Shown here: piece after piece, positions 38,783-49,200 of the stretch
How positions within the stretch are numbered: the stretch's first letter is position 1
Layout of the letters: each line of letters opens with the position of its first letter
Notes under the pieces: generated by a model
Seen by the model: the letters and a program-made list of their open reading frames with translations, nothing else
Told to the model about the DNA's origin: nothing
The model's database searches: none
DNA from: Candidatus Latescibacterota bacterium
GTDB lineage: Bacteria; Latescibacterota; UBA2968; UBA8231
Reading direction: 5' to 3'
Assembly (NCBI GenBank): GCA_965206595.1
Contig: OZ242214.1
Coordinates: 1,184,001 to 1,248,000 of the forward strand
Length of the DNA stretch: 64,000 bases
Translations under genes and position numbers: made by a program

Positions 38783-40720
38783 ATGGAGAGAATCACCGCC
38801 ACGGTACCCGTCACCACCCCGCCCTCATGGGCCGTGCAACAGCGGCTCCTGCTGCACACCCTGGAGCGATCTGCCCATCCTTTCTGGGACCGGTACGTGC
38901 GCGACGACGGCGAGCTATACTGGGACGAGAGTTTCGGCGGCGTCAGCCCCGACGATTATGGTTTCGGCGGCAGCAGCCCCGACGATTTCTACGAGGCGTT
39001 CTTCAGCTGGCCCCTCGTCTACCTGATGGGGGGTGGCGACCATCTGCTGGAAATGGCGCATCGCGGCTGGGAAGGGGTCACGCGACTGCTCACCCGGTGC
39101 GGTACCGTGCACAAGGAGTACGCCCGGTGCGAAGACCAGTTCCACCAGTCGGAGAGCGACATCTTCTTCTACCACCTGTGCATGGCCGATCCGGCCAATG
39201 CCAGCCTCGCCATACGGGCGCGACGCTTCGCCGGATTCTACCTGAACGAGGATCCCGAAGCGATCAACTACGATCGCGAGCACCGGATCATCCTGTCGCC
39301 GTTCAACGGCTCGGGTGGCGCTCGCCAGACACCGACTGACGCGCAGCCGCACCCGTTTCGCGCGCGCGAGAACTACGGTCTGCCCACGTACGAACTACCC
39401 GACATCCAGAGCTGGAAGGACACGCAGGACGACGAAAAGGCGAGGCGTGTGGGCGAAGTCATGCACGGACGCTGGTACAGAGGGGACGTGGCCGCCAACC
39501 TCGCGATCTCGAGTCTGGTCACGAACGCCTTCCTGCTCACCGGCGAGGAGAAGTATCGCGACTGGGTTGTCGAGTACACCGACGCATGGATCGAGCGGGC
39601 GCGGGCCAACGACGGGTTGATCCCGGACAACGTCGGTCACTCCGGGGAGGTGGGGGAATACATCGACGGCAAGTGGCACGGCGGATTCTACGGCTGGACG
39701 CTCTATCACGGCTGGTACAACCTGCAGATGACGGTGACCGTCGCAGCCGCCAACGCCTATCTGCTGACGCGGGACAACCGCTACCTGGAATTTCCGCGGC
39801 GTCAGATGGACCGGATACTCGAGCTGGGGCAGATTCGCGATGTCCGGCGCGAGCACATGAGTCTGAGGCACCACTGGATCGGCCAGTTCACGGCCATGGG
39901 CGATCGGACGGAGACCTTGCTGGTGCCGTACCGTTACGGCGACGCCGGTTGGTTCGACTGGCAGCCCCCTTCACCCGTCTTCCTCGCAGCGCTTTGGAAC
40001 CTGTCGATGGCTGACGAGGATTGGCAGCGCATCGAGCGCGTGCGCGAAGCCGAGGCCTACGACTGGAATGCCGTAATCTCCTACCGTACCAAGGAGGATT
40101 CCGGTCACGAGCAACCCTGGCTGCGTTTCCTGGCCGGCGCCAACCCGGACTATCCCGAATGCATCCTGCAGGCCAGCTACCAGCAGGTGGCCTGGCGCCT
40201 TGCCCTCGTTCGGGCCGAGACCGAAGTCGGCACCCATCACGACGTCCACCGCTGGCAAGACACGGACCCGGTTTCGTCCGAGGCCCTCATCCAGCTGACC
40301 CTCGGCGCCCCGCAGCCGATCTACAACGGCGGCCTCCTCCACTGCCGGGTGCGCTACTTCGACCGTGGGGCAAGACGCCCGGGACTTCCCGAGGATGTCG
40401 CCGCCCTGGTCGAGAAGTTGGAGGCCGACCGCACCGTAGTCCGCCTCGTCAATCTCAACCCGCAATGGGACCGCGAGCTGATCGTGCAGGCCGGTGGCTA
40501 CGGAGAGCACCGGTTCACGGACGCGGAGTACGACGCGTTGACGAGTCCCTATCCGGGCCCCCCCAACCGCTATGCGCCCGACCCCACCACGGCGGAGAGG
40601 CGCCGGGTTTCGGTGAACGGCAAGCACCTGCAGGTGGCGCTGCCGGCCGGGACAGAGATGATCCTTGAGCTGGGTACGCAGCGCTACGTGAACGAACCTG
40701 CCAGCGCCGGCCCTTTCTGA
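38783..40720 (+). CDS. Conserved hypothetical 645-aa protein (copy 1)
   Basis: Long ORF with RBS; near-identical to 56138..58075; function not recognised. Confidence 0.85.
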   Translation: MERITATVPVTTPPSWAVQQRLLLHTLERSAHPFWDRYVRDDGELYWDESFGGVSPDDYGFGGSSPDDFYEAFFSWPLVYLMGGGDHLLEMAHRGWEGVTRLLTRCGTVHKEYARCEDQFHQSESDIFFYHLCMADPANASLAIRARRFAGFYLNEDPEAINYDREHRIILSPFNGSGGARQTPTDAQPHPFRARENYGLPTYELPDIQSWKDTQDDEKARRVGEVMHGRWYRGDVAANLAISSLVTNAFLLTGEEKYRDWVVEYTDAWIERARANDGLIPDNVGHSGEVGEYIDGKWHGGFYGWTLYHGWYNLQMTVTVAAANAYLLTRDNRYLEFPRRQMDRILELGQIRDVRREHMSLRHHWIGQFTAMGDRTETLLVPYRYGDAGWFDWQPPSPVFLAALWNLSMADEDWQRIERVREAEAYDWNAVISYRTKEDSGHEQPWLRFLAGANPDYPECILQASYQQVAWRLALVRAETEVGTHHDVHRWQDTDPVSSEALIQLTLGAPQPIYNGGLLHCRVRYFDRGARRPGLPEDVAALVEKLEADRTVVRLVNLNPQWDRELIVQAGGYGEHRFTDAEYDALTSPYPGPPNRYAPDPTTAERRRVSVNGKHLQVALPAGTEMILELGTQRYVNEPASAGPF

Positions 40721-40730
40721 CTCGCACCCG

Positions 40731-41306
40731 CTACTTCCTCTTCTCAACCAGCTCGATCTCGTAGTTGTCGGGGTCGGTGACGAAGGCCATCCGTCGCTCG
40801 TCCTTGAACTTCTCTCGCCAGCCGTCGGGCCAGATCTCCAGACCCTCTTTCTCAGCTCATTTTCTTCAAGGTCGTCGTTCCAGAACCAGAAGGGGATGAT
40901 GCCGAACTCGCGCGGCGGATCGAGGAAGGTTTTAAAGGCTTCGTCGAGACTCATGGAACCCATTCAACGCAGAGGACGCGGAGAGCGCAGAGGGTAGGCA
41001 GGGGGTGCGCCCACCTGGACTTGGCGGTTCGAGTAGTGGGGTGGTTGCGTCATTCGGACGTGGCCCAGCGTTGGCGGAGGGCGTCGCCCCACTCGATCAC
41101 TCTGTCACGAGGACTGCCGTCACGAAGCGGTTGCCGAACCAGTCTGCTTTCGTGTTCGAGAAGTTTCGCTCGACACGATGCAACGGCGTCCGCAAACTCG
41201 GGTTCCGAGGCGATGTTCTTCGTCTCCCACGGGTCGTTGTCGAGATCGAACAGCTGCTCCAGGCCGAGGGCGTCGGGGTCCGGTCCTGGAGGGATGAAGT
41301 CCTCGG
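40731..41306 (-). pseudogene. Deleted duplicate remnants: VOC C-terminus, GH106-like N-terminus, sulfatase 3' end
   Basis: Matches 58086-58208 joined to 59149-59603. Confidence 0.85.
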
Positions 41307-42216
41307 CTGGCCTCCTTCAACAGCCGGGTCAGGCGCCGGATGTCGACACGGGCCAGCTCATCGGCCGTGAGGTATTCAACCAGGACGGCGCGGCTCGCGG
41401 CGCCGAAGAGATCGGCGAAGTGCTGTCGGTATTCGGGAAAGGCCAGGTCGAGGAGACTGATGAGATGACCTTTTTCGGCCTTGGCGGTCTGGGCGCACTG
41501 GAAGCGCAGCCGCGTGAGGTCCCGCAACTGGCGTACCCTGGCGATCGGGAATGGCGCAGACCTTCAGGTGCGTCTCGCGCAACAGATGGGCGATCAACAG
41601 CGCATCGGCACTGTCGGTCTTGGTGCCACGGATGGTGATGTTCCGCCGCGCCGTCACGACCAAGGGGTTGATTACTTCGACCGGATAGCCAGCCTGGACC
41701 AGCGTTTCGGAGAGGACCATTCAGTAATGTCCGGTCGCCTCCATGCCGACGCGGATGTCGGCGGGGGGTTGTCCCGTTTCGGTGAGCCGTTGACGCAGCA
41801 GTTCAACCCCGTCGCGAGAATGCGGCACGGCGAGATTCCGGAAGACGGTCTGGCCGTCCTCATCCAACAGCGTGGCGCGATGGCTTCGTTTCGCCACGTC
41901 GATACCGAGAGTCCACATTGGCGAGCTCCTTGGTCGAGAGACCGAAGCTGCCCACGATCAGGGTGACGCCAGCTGGCACATCCTCGTAGCCAGATCAGGG
42001 AACCGATGTCCCATCAAGCGGTAAGTGCATGTGCTGGCGAGATGGCGGTCTATCCGAGAGGACCGAGCCTCGAGGAAGCGGAAAGCCAACCCCAGCAGCT
42101 TCGCTGATCCAGCGATCGCATCGCTGGCATCGGAAAAGCAAGCACTGAGAGTACGCTGCTGTTCACCGTCTCGCCGGTCACAAACCACCTGAAGTGGTCT
42201 GCACCTATTATACGAG
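41307..42216 (-). mobile_element. IS110-family element copy 1 (3'-truncated, pseudogenised recombinase, intact left end)
   Basis: MWTLGIDVAK...GMEATGHY*...INP...KTDSADA (DEDD domain) with a stop and a frameshift; left end CTcgTATAAT. Confidence 0.9.
41960..42200 (-). ncRNA. Putative IS110 bridge RNA, copy 1 (boundaries approximate)
   Basis: Non-coding leader homologous to copy 2; donor guides at 42015-42024 and 41983-41988; target guides near 42050-42055 and 42073-42083. Confidence 0.7.
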
Positions 42217-42398
42217 GAAGAATAACGGGCATTATCGTTACTTTGGACGAGGTAGTATGGGCCGAAAATCAGGCAGTGTCGAGGGGCGCCGAGGGGGAGA
42301 GGCTGAATCAGATGGTCTCCCGGTCCATCAATCGGGCGGTCTCGATGGCTCAGAAGGGATTGAATGTCGCTTCCGGGCGCGGTCCTCCCCTACAGAAA

Positions 42399-42640
42399 TC
42401 AGATTATGAGCTCTAAAGGGGCGAATTCGAGCTGGGACTGCGGTGAGCGGCGAGGCGGGGCGATTGGTGGTGGACGAGCGGAAAGACCGACCCCTCCCAG
42501 ATAGGCCCGGATGGATGTATGGTCGGTCAGTGCCGCGAGGATCCGCATGGAGCCGCCACATTCATAACATTTGGTCACATCAATGGCGAACACTCGGGCC
42601 AGAAGTGTTGCCCAGGCCAGACGGTGGGCGCGTTGCTGTG
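42399..42640 (-). pseudogene. IS91-like (Y2) transposase C-terminal fragment
   Basis: WATLLARVFAIDVTKCYECGGSMRILA...ARPPPIAP. Confidence 0.7.
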
Positions 42641-42752
42641 GTAGGATGAGAGCTGCGGCAGTCCCGCACTCGCCCGCCCCACTCTTGGTATCCACGGATC
42701 GGAGAGGGTGACCCACTCCTGTCGAAGATCTGTCATCGGTTTTCCGTGGCTG

Positions 42753-43802
42753 CTAAACCCGAACGCGCTGCCAGGGACCGGGCTCTCGACCTCCGCGGCA
42801 GGTGTAGAGAGCGCGGTCCTCACAGGAGACGAGGAGGCTGTCGAGGGTCATGCCGTTGCGGGTTAAACGGTGTCTGCCAAACGGCAACTGATGGATCCAG
42901 GGACCGGGACCGTCGCGGTCGGTGAGGATGCTTTTGGCGGCCGGAACTCCAAGGGGGCACCGTTCGTCGAGGAGTTTCGCCATCCGCGGTCCGCGGTATG
43001 CGGTGGTAGAAGCAGAGCCGCGTTCGAGGCGCTGACGGGACGCTCGAATGGCGCCCTCACACATATAGTGATTGGCGCGGCTCAGCGCATCAGCTGACTG
43101 GTCGACGGTAGTGTAACCGGGCAGACCCTCAACCACGGCGATCGTCCCGTCGGTGTCACCGAGGAAGAAGATGAAACAGCCGGCGTGTTCGACAGAGTCG
43201 AGCCAGCGCAGGGCGGCGTTCACGGTTTTGCGGCGCAGGATCTCAGCGATGACGACATAGGTGGGCACTCCAACTTCGGGTTGGAGTCGCGGCATGTGCC
43301 CCGAGCTCGTCCACATGAGGGACATGCCGTGTTCGTTGATGCCGGCTCCTGCCCACAGACCGGGAAAATGATACGTGAGGACGCGCGGACTGCCCTGGGG
43401 CGCCAGGCGCAGCAAGCCGGCCCAGGGATACAGCTGAGCTCCCCAGTCCCAGTTCATCGCCACGAGGGTCTTTCGACCTCGTGTCGCGCTGCCGGCAGCG
43501 GCGAAGGCTGTGCAGTGGGGCGTGTGATAGATTTCCTCATGCAGGGCGAGGAGGCAGACCTGATCGAGGGTGAGCCCAGACCCGCCGGCAAGGCCCTTCA
43601 TGAAGCGTGCCGAACGCCGCGCCGAGCGCTCCACATGTTTCCAGCAACGGCGGGCATAGCTCAGATTTTCTGTCGACGGGGAGACCTCCTGGTAGTAGAA
43701 GCCGAGCATCTCCGTCGCCCAGCGCTCACCATACTGGCGGCCACATTGTGTTTCGGTGCCTCGGATGGTGTGCACCGGCAGTTTGTCGCGATTGCGGCTC
43801 AT
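42753..43802 (-). CDS. C45 family Ntn-hydrolase/acyltransferase
   Basis: HCTAF nucleophile context, NWDW, GINEHG, RANHY. Confidence 0.85.
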   Translation of the reverse strand: MSRNRDKLPVHTIRGTETQCGRQYGERWATEMLGFYYQEVSPSTENLSYARRCWKHVERSARRSARFMKGLAGGSGLTLDQVCLLALHEEIYHTPHCTAFAAAGSATRGRKTLVAMNWDWGAQLYPWAGLLRLAPQGSPRVLTYHFPGLWAGAGINEHGMSLMWTSSGHMPRLQPEVGVPTYVVIAEILRRKTVNAALRWLDSVEHAGCFIFFLGDTDGTIAVVEGLPGYTTVDQSADALSRANHYMCEGAIRASRQRLERGSASTTAYRGPRMAKLLDERCPLGVPAAKSILTDRDGPGPWIHQLPFGRHRLTRNGMTLDSLLVSCEDRALYTCRGGREPGPWQRVRV

Positions 43803-44065
43803 GTTGACTTCTCTCCACTGCTACCGGCCTGGGTTGCCACCGCCAACCCCGCCGCGATGATAGGCTAGTTCAAGCTTTTCTGACATCAAGGAACCGGAGC
43901 TTCCTCTACCACGATCACACCCTCAATGACGTTGTTAACCCGGAACAGTGGACACCCTGGGGCAATTTCCGCTTCGGTTACCAACCTTCACCCGAACTAT
44001 TTGGACGTCTCACCCCGGAGCGCCGCCAAATCGTCCAACCTCATAAAAACAAGGAGGAAATTACA

Positions 44066-45217
44066 ATGGCAACCATCCTCGCCCAGGATTTTACTACCGT
44101 CGTTCGTTCCTCGGACCCGCAAAACCTCTACATCGGCTCGCCGATGCTGACGAGATTATCGTCCGGCCGGATGATCGCAAGCTTCGAGTGGTTCCGCCCC
44201 TCGCCGGTCTCCACAAGCCTCCCCGGTCAGTTCAAGATCCTTGTGAGCGATGATCGTGGAGAAAGCTGGAGCGAAAAGGCAAGTCTAAGCATCATCTGGC
44301 CGTCGCTTTTCGTTCACGATGATTTCCTTTATGTGATAGGAAGTAGACCCAAATCGCGCGAGATCGTCATCTCGCGTTCGGGTGACGGGGGAGAGACCTT
44401 CACCCAAGAAAAGGTTTTGTACGAGGGACGTTTCCACAACGCTCCGACCCCCGTTGTGATGAAAGACGGTTTTGTTTACAGCGCTTTCGAGACCTGTGCG
44501 ACCGGCCACCGCAGCGAGTGGAATTCTTTGGTAATAGCCGGCGACCAGTCGGGAGATCTGCTCGACCCCTCCGCCTGGAGGATGTCCAATCACCTGGACT
44601 TCCCCGGCGTTCCTCCTACCCTTACCAGGGGCTTTTACAAACCCAGCTTCGAGGACAAAATCGCTGAGGACAGCTGGCTTGAAGGAAACGTCATCGATGT
44701 TGGTGGTGAGATCCGCGTGATCCTACGAACAATTATCGATGCTCACTCTACTGCAGGGCTGGCGGCGGTGTGTGGCTTAGAGGATGATGGTAAGCAGTTA
44801 AGTTACCGCTTCCTGCAGTTCTACCCGATGCCGGGAGCTCAATGTAAATTCTACATCGTTTATGATGATGCCAGCGGTCTCTTCTGGACGACGGTGACTC
44901 GACCTACCAACACCTGGCAGGATAGAGAGCCTCTTAAAAAAATCGGATTCGCCGGGGCCCCGGGAAACGAGCGCCGCATCCTTATCCTCATGTACAGTCT
45001 AGATGCCCTAAACTGGTTCGACGCCGGTTGTGTGGTGATGAGCCGTAGTCCGCTCGAATCCTTCAGTTATGCTTCACAATTAATAGATGGAGACGACCTA
45101 CTGGTGATAGCGCGTACCTCACAAGGGGGGAGGAACCAGCACGACACCAATCTGGTGACCCTTCATCGGGTAGTAGATTTCCGCAACCTCGCACTGGAGC
45201 TGAGGCCGGATATATGA
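44066..45217 (+). CDS. Sialidase-like (BNR/Asp-box) beta-propeller protein
   Basis: SDDRGESW, SGDGGETF and SLDALNW Asp-boxes; AGGAGG RBS. Confidence 0.8.
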   Translation: MATILAQDFTTVVRSSDPQNLYIGSPMLTRLSSGRMIASFEWFRPSPVSTSLPGQFKILVSDDRGESWSEKASLSIIWPSLFVHDDFLYVIGSRPKSREIVISRSGDGGETFTQEKVLYEGRFHNAPTPVVMKDGFVYSAFETCATGHRSEWNSLVIAGDQSGDLLDPSAWRMSNHLDFPGVPPTLTRGFYKPSFEDKIAEDSWLEGNVIDVGGEIRVILRTIIDAHSTAGLAAVCGLEDDGKQLSYRFLQFYPMPGAQCKFYIVYDDASGLFWTTVTRPTNTWQDREPLKKIGFAGAPGNERRILILMYSLDALNWFDAGCVVMSRSPLESFSYASQLIDGDDLLVIARTSQGGRNQHDTNLVTLHRVVDFRNLALELRPDI

Positions 45218-45224
45218 TAAGAAC

Positions 45225-46457
45225 TCAGTCGTCGGCCTCGAAGACGCCCTCCCTATCGATGCGCTCGTAAACCCGCCCGAATTCCTCTGAATCATCGTCC
45301 TCCCACAACTCCATTCGGATGCCTCGAATAGCACCCTCTTCACGCCCGGTCATCGCGGTTATGGCAGGTGTTGCCGAAGTGTACAGTTTCTGGCCGCCTG
45401 GCAGGTGTAGAATGCCGATGTTTCTCGACGACTCCGCGGAACCCTCTGAGCTTTTCGCCGCCAGTTCCGCCAGCTTCTCCTCGTCCACCTCGACGCCCAG
45501 GCCGGGCCCTTGCGGCACCGGGGAGCACCCCTCGGTAACGGGGATTCGCTCTCGCGTGACGTCGTCCTCGTACTGGTCATCCAGATGGATGGAGTGACCT
45601 GTCGCCGTGGGCAATACAGCCGCGATATGCAGCGCGAACGCCTTGGCAAGCGTACCGCCGGTGAGCTGCAACAGGACCTGCGCGTTTGCGCGGGCGCAGG
45701 CAAAGCCGGATACGAGGGTATCGCCGATCGACACGCCGCTGAAGAGGTAGGTGTCGGCCACTCCGGCCTTCACTTCCTGGAGGCCGGAGTGGCCGGCCGC
45801 CACGTGGAAAATCAGGGGGATCGCGACCTTGTCCCGCAGCCTGCACCAGCTGTCCAGATCGCTTTTCGGCAGGGGATCCTCGATATGGCCTACGACTGGA
45901 TGTGATTCCAGCTCTTTGATGAGGGGCAGTACTGTGGCCAGCGTCCGGTTGCCATTAAAGTCGTAGTGAATCTTGAAACCTCTCGGCGCCACTTCCTCGG
46001 CCGCGCGCGTCTGCTCCATCACATCGTGGAACGCAGCGGTGTGCATCTTGAAAACCCGATAGCCCTGCGCGGCGGCTCGCTCGAGCTCGCTGGCGAACTC
46101 AGCGGGCGATGACTGCGCCGTCCAGGCCGCAACCGACACGGCATCGCGCACCTTCTGTCCCATGAGCTTGTAGGCCGGCACTTGGAGGTGTTTGCCCATG
46201 AGGTCGTAGAGCGCTCCGCCCAGACCAGGGTCGAGAGTGTTGTTGATGAAATCAAAAGGGTCACGGCCGATGAGCGGCTCCACTGCTGCTCGGGGTAGCC
46301 CGCCCAGGCGATGGTCGCCGTAGCCCACCAGGCCGTTGTCCGTTTGCAGCTTGTATATGGTGCGGTGTTTGACACCCTGGAATCTCACTTCCCTCCCTTT
46401 ATAGCGACTGGCGAGCCGGGGCCGAATCGGAATTGTGTCGATTTTCGTGATTTTCAT
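45225..46457 (-). CDS. Mandelate racemase/enolase superfamily protein
   Basis: YDLMGK...VPAYKLMG, FKMH, DFN, IEDP, GPGLGVEVD. Confidence 0.88.
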   Translation of the reverse strand: MKITKIDTIPIRPRLASRYKGREVRFQGVKHRTIYKLQTDNGLVGYGDHRLGGLPRAAVEPLIGRDPFDFINNTLDPGLGGALYDLMGKHLQVPAYKLMGQKVRDAVSVAAWTAQSSPAEFASELERAAAQGYRVFKMHTAAFHDVMEQTRAAEEVAPRGFKIHYDFNGNRTLATVLPLIKELESHPVVGHIEDPLPKSDLDSWCRLRDKVAIPLIFHVAAGHSGLQEVKAGVADTYLFSGVSIGDTLVSGFACARANAQVLLQLTGGTLAKAFALHIAAVLPTATGHSIHLDDQYEDDVTRERIPVTEGCSPVPQGPGLGVEVDEEKLAELAAKSSEGSAESSRNIGILHLPGGQKLYTSATPAITAMTGREEGAIRGIRMELWEDDDSEEFGRVYERIDREGVFEADD

Positions 46458-46571
46458 ATCTCAGTTCCTCCTCTCAGTTCCTCCCGAACAGACAGCGAAA
46501 AAGTAGATGTGATGCCGGTTGGCGCCCAACAACAACAGATTTCATGTCCTCCGCTACCCGACTGAAAGTAT

Positions 46572-46776
46572 AGGAATTATGAAGGGCCCTTTTTATTGCA
46601 TGGTCAAGTAGTGGCGGCACCTCTTCCGCCCTTTTTTCCGCCTAGTAGAACAAGTTCCGGTAGACTGCACACAGAGACACGGTCCTCGAGGACCTGCAGA
46701 CCTTGATGGCCGCTAATGCGACACATAGACGACTTAAACCCTTCACAGCAGACTATTGTCGCAGCACGTCCGGGAA
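46572..46776 (+). repeat. ~205-bp repeat, copy A; its left edge is an empty IS110 target site
   Basis: Near-identical to 62682-62886; includes an RBS and MRHIDDLNPSQQTIVAARPG (UvrD/PcrA-like N-terminus). Confidence 0.9.
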
Positions 46777-46777
46777 A

Positions 46778-46899
46778 GCGATCAATCCCTCCCGCGCCTC
46801 GTCGGTCATGATATCGGGATAGGAGATGTACCCGTCCCGGTGAAAGCTGGCGATCTCCTCCGACGTCGGCCCGCTGCGGCGAAAAAGCGAATTCATCAT
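46778..46899 (-). pseudogene. PhyH N-terminal fragment
   Basis: MNSLFRRSGPTSEEIASFHRDGYISYPDIMTDE, cut off at the 205-bp repeat. Confidence 0.6.
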
Positions 46900-47268
46900 C
46901 CTCCGCTGTTGGAAAGGGACACTTCCGGCGCGAGCGTCGGCTCGAACGATGATGCGGCGCTGGCGCCTCAGCGCAACTGCATGGCATCCGAATGGTCCAT
47001 CGAGCCGATTGCCGGCCCCGAAGTGAGGCTAATCCACCTCCCGCGCAAACCCGCCTCGATCTGTTCACCAACTCGCCGGTTCCCTATTATCGCACGACGT
47101 ATACCCCTGCCCTCGTCATCGCGTTCCCCGGTAGGGACCCGACGAGGAAAACTGTGCTCGAAGCGCATACAGATCTCCCATCTCGGGGCCGGAGAGGCCG
47201 TGTCGAGAGGTGATTCGGTCTCCAGGCCGCTGGCTTCCGCGGTTCAATCCAGCCTGCAGCGGGCGAGA

Positions 47269-49194
47269 ATGAAATCACCTTTCAGTCTCCAGGGACTCCT
47301 CGTCGGTACCGCCCTCAGCATCGTCATCGGGCTCGTCGCTCCCTATGGGCTCGTGTTCCAGTACTTTCTCATCGGCTTCAACCCATCCTCTCCGGGCGCC
47401 ATCTTCTTCTTTTTCATCCTCACTCTCTTCGTCAACGCCATTCTCGCTCTCATCCGTCGGCATTTTGCCCTCTCCCGCGCCGACCTCGTGCTCATCTACT
47501 GTATGCTGCTGATGGCCGTCACCATGCCCACGTGGGGACTCGGATTCTTCCTCATCGGCACGATGATCTACCCGTACTACTACGCCACACCCGAGAACCG
47601 TTTCGCCGAGCTCTTTCACGATCTCATCCCCACGTGGATGGCGCCCCAGGATATGCACGCTATCGAGTATTTCTACGAGGGGCTTCCGAAAGGAGCCTCC
47701 ATCCCCTGGGGAGCCTGGGCGGAGCCGATGCTCTGGTGGTTTGCCTTCATCACGGCCCTGGGCCTCATGCTCGTATGTATGAGCGCCATTCTGCACCGTC
47801 AGTGGTCGGTCCACGAGCGGCTCACCTATCCGATGGCGCAGCTGCCCCAGAGCATGATCGAAAAAGGGGACAACGCCGCCTCGCTCGTGGCCCCGTTCTT
47901 CAAGAGCAAGGTGATGTGGCTCGGGTTCGCCATTCCCTTCATCTGCTTCAGTTTCACCGGACTGCACCACTTCTTTCCGGTCGTGCCCCCGTTCCCCTTT
48001 TTCCATGACCGCCTCTGGTGGTTCGATCACACCGTGTGGCTCGTCCTCGCCTTCAGCTTCGCCTGGGTCGGATTCTTCTACCTCGCCAACCTCGAGATCT
48101 CCTTCAGCATCTGGTTCTTCTACGTGATGCTCAAGTTCGAGGAAGGAGTCTTCAAAACGCTCGGTATCGCCAGTACCGAGAAACTCAGCTCGTACGAGTA
48201 TTCCCAGCCGGCGGACCTGACCCACCAGGCGACCGGCGCCGTCATCGTCCTCGTGCTCTACGGGCTGTGGATCGCCCGCGTCCATCTGCGCGATGTGCTG
48301 CGCAATGCCTGGAGCCCGGCAACTGGCGTGGACGACAGTGAAGAGCTGCTGAGCTACCGCACCGCCACGGTCGGATTCCTGGCCAGTCTCTTCTTCGTCA
48401 CCGCCTGGCTGTGGCGCTCGGGCGTGCCCGCGCTCGTGCTGCCCGTGCTCGTCGTGGTGAGTCTCATCTTCTTCATCCTCGTGGCCCGCGTCGTCGCCAC
48501 TGCCGGCGTGGCTACCGCGCGCAGCCCCATCGTCCCGGCCTATTTCATCATCTCCGGCTTCGGCACCTCCATACTCGGCTCCCAGGGGCTCATCGCCCTC
48601 AACTTCACCTTCACCTGGCAGGGTGAATCCCGCACCTCGCCGATGGTGGCCTGCTCGAACGGCCTCAAGCTGGCCGAAACGATCCGGGGCCCCAAGGGCC
48701 GCCTCTTCTGGGGTCTCATGATCTCGCTGGTCTGCAGCCTGGGAGCGGCAGTCTACATCTCACTGCATATGGCCTACACCTATGGTGCCGTCAACCTGGA
48801 CGCGCTGGGCACGGTGGGAGGCCACGGCTGGCCCTACATCGGGCCGACCATAATGGAGATGCCGGAGATGAATGTGCGGGGCTGGATATTCAGGGGAATC
48901 GGCGGGCTCGCGGAGGGGTTTCTGGTCTGGGCTCAGCACCGCTGGTTCTGGTGGCCCCTGCACCCCGTCGGCTTCGCCATCGCCGTGGGCTGGCTCACCG
49001 GCCATATCTGGTTCTCGGCGATGATAGCCTGGGGCATCAAACTGATGATTCTGCACTTCTGGGGACCCGGGATGTTCCAGAGTCTGAGACCATTCTTTCT
49101 TGGTCTCATACTGGGCGAGGTTGCCGTGGCCGGATTCTGGGGGGTGATCTATCACTTCACCACCGAGAAGGGCCACTGGCTGACTGTCATGTGA
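47269..49194 (+). CDS. DUF6785/DUF6784 family polytopic membrane protein (putative transporter)
   Basis: Many TM segments; RQWSVHERLTYPMAQLP, WWPLHPVGF, LRPFFLGLILGE; start at MKSPF. Confidence 0.82.
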   Translation: MKSPFSLQGLLVGTALSIVIGLVAPYGLVFQYFLIGFNPSSPGAIFFFFILTLFVNAILALIRRHFALSRADLVLIYCMLLMAVTMPTWGLGFFLIGTMIYPYYYATPENRFAELFHDLIPTWMAPQDMHAIEYFYEGLPKGASIPWGAWAEPMLWWFAFITALGLMLVCMSAILHRQWSVHERLTYPMAQLPQSMIEKGDNAASLVAPFFKSKVMWLGFAIPFICFSFTGLHHFFPVVPPFPFFHDRLWWFDHTVWLVLAFSFAWVGFFYLANLEISFSIWFFYVMLKFEEGVFKTLGIASTEKLSSYEYSQPADLTHQATGAVIVLVLYGLWIARVHLRDVLRNAWSPATGVDDSEELLSYRTATVGFLASLFFVTAWLWRSGVPALVLPVLVVVSLIFFILVARVVATAGVATARSPIVPAYFIISGFGTSILGSQGLIALNFTFTWQGESRTSPMVACSNGLKLAETIRGPKGRLFWGLMISLVCSLGAAVYISLHMAYTYGAVNLDALGTVGGHGWPYIGPTIMEMPEMNVRGWIFRGIGGLAEGFLVWAQHRWFWWPLHPVGFAIAVGWLTGHIWFSAMIAWGIKLMILHFWGPGMFQSLRPFFLGLILGEVAVAGFWGVIYHFTTEKGHWLTVM

Positions 49195-49200
49195 GACAAC

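Noticed and set aside
41721-41723. Stop-codon recoding (TGA in IS110, also TAG at 58862)
   Set aside because: Both are single-base changes from TGG in genes that are otherwise broken; TGA and TAG end many intact genes here.
46756-47268. 171-aa N-terminal extension of the DUF6785 ORF
   Set aside because: It overlaps a repeat and a PhyH fragment; the paralog remnant supports a start at MKSPF (47269).
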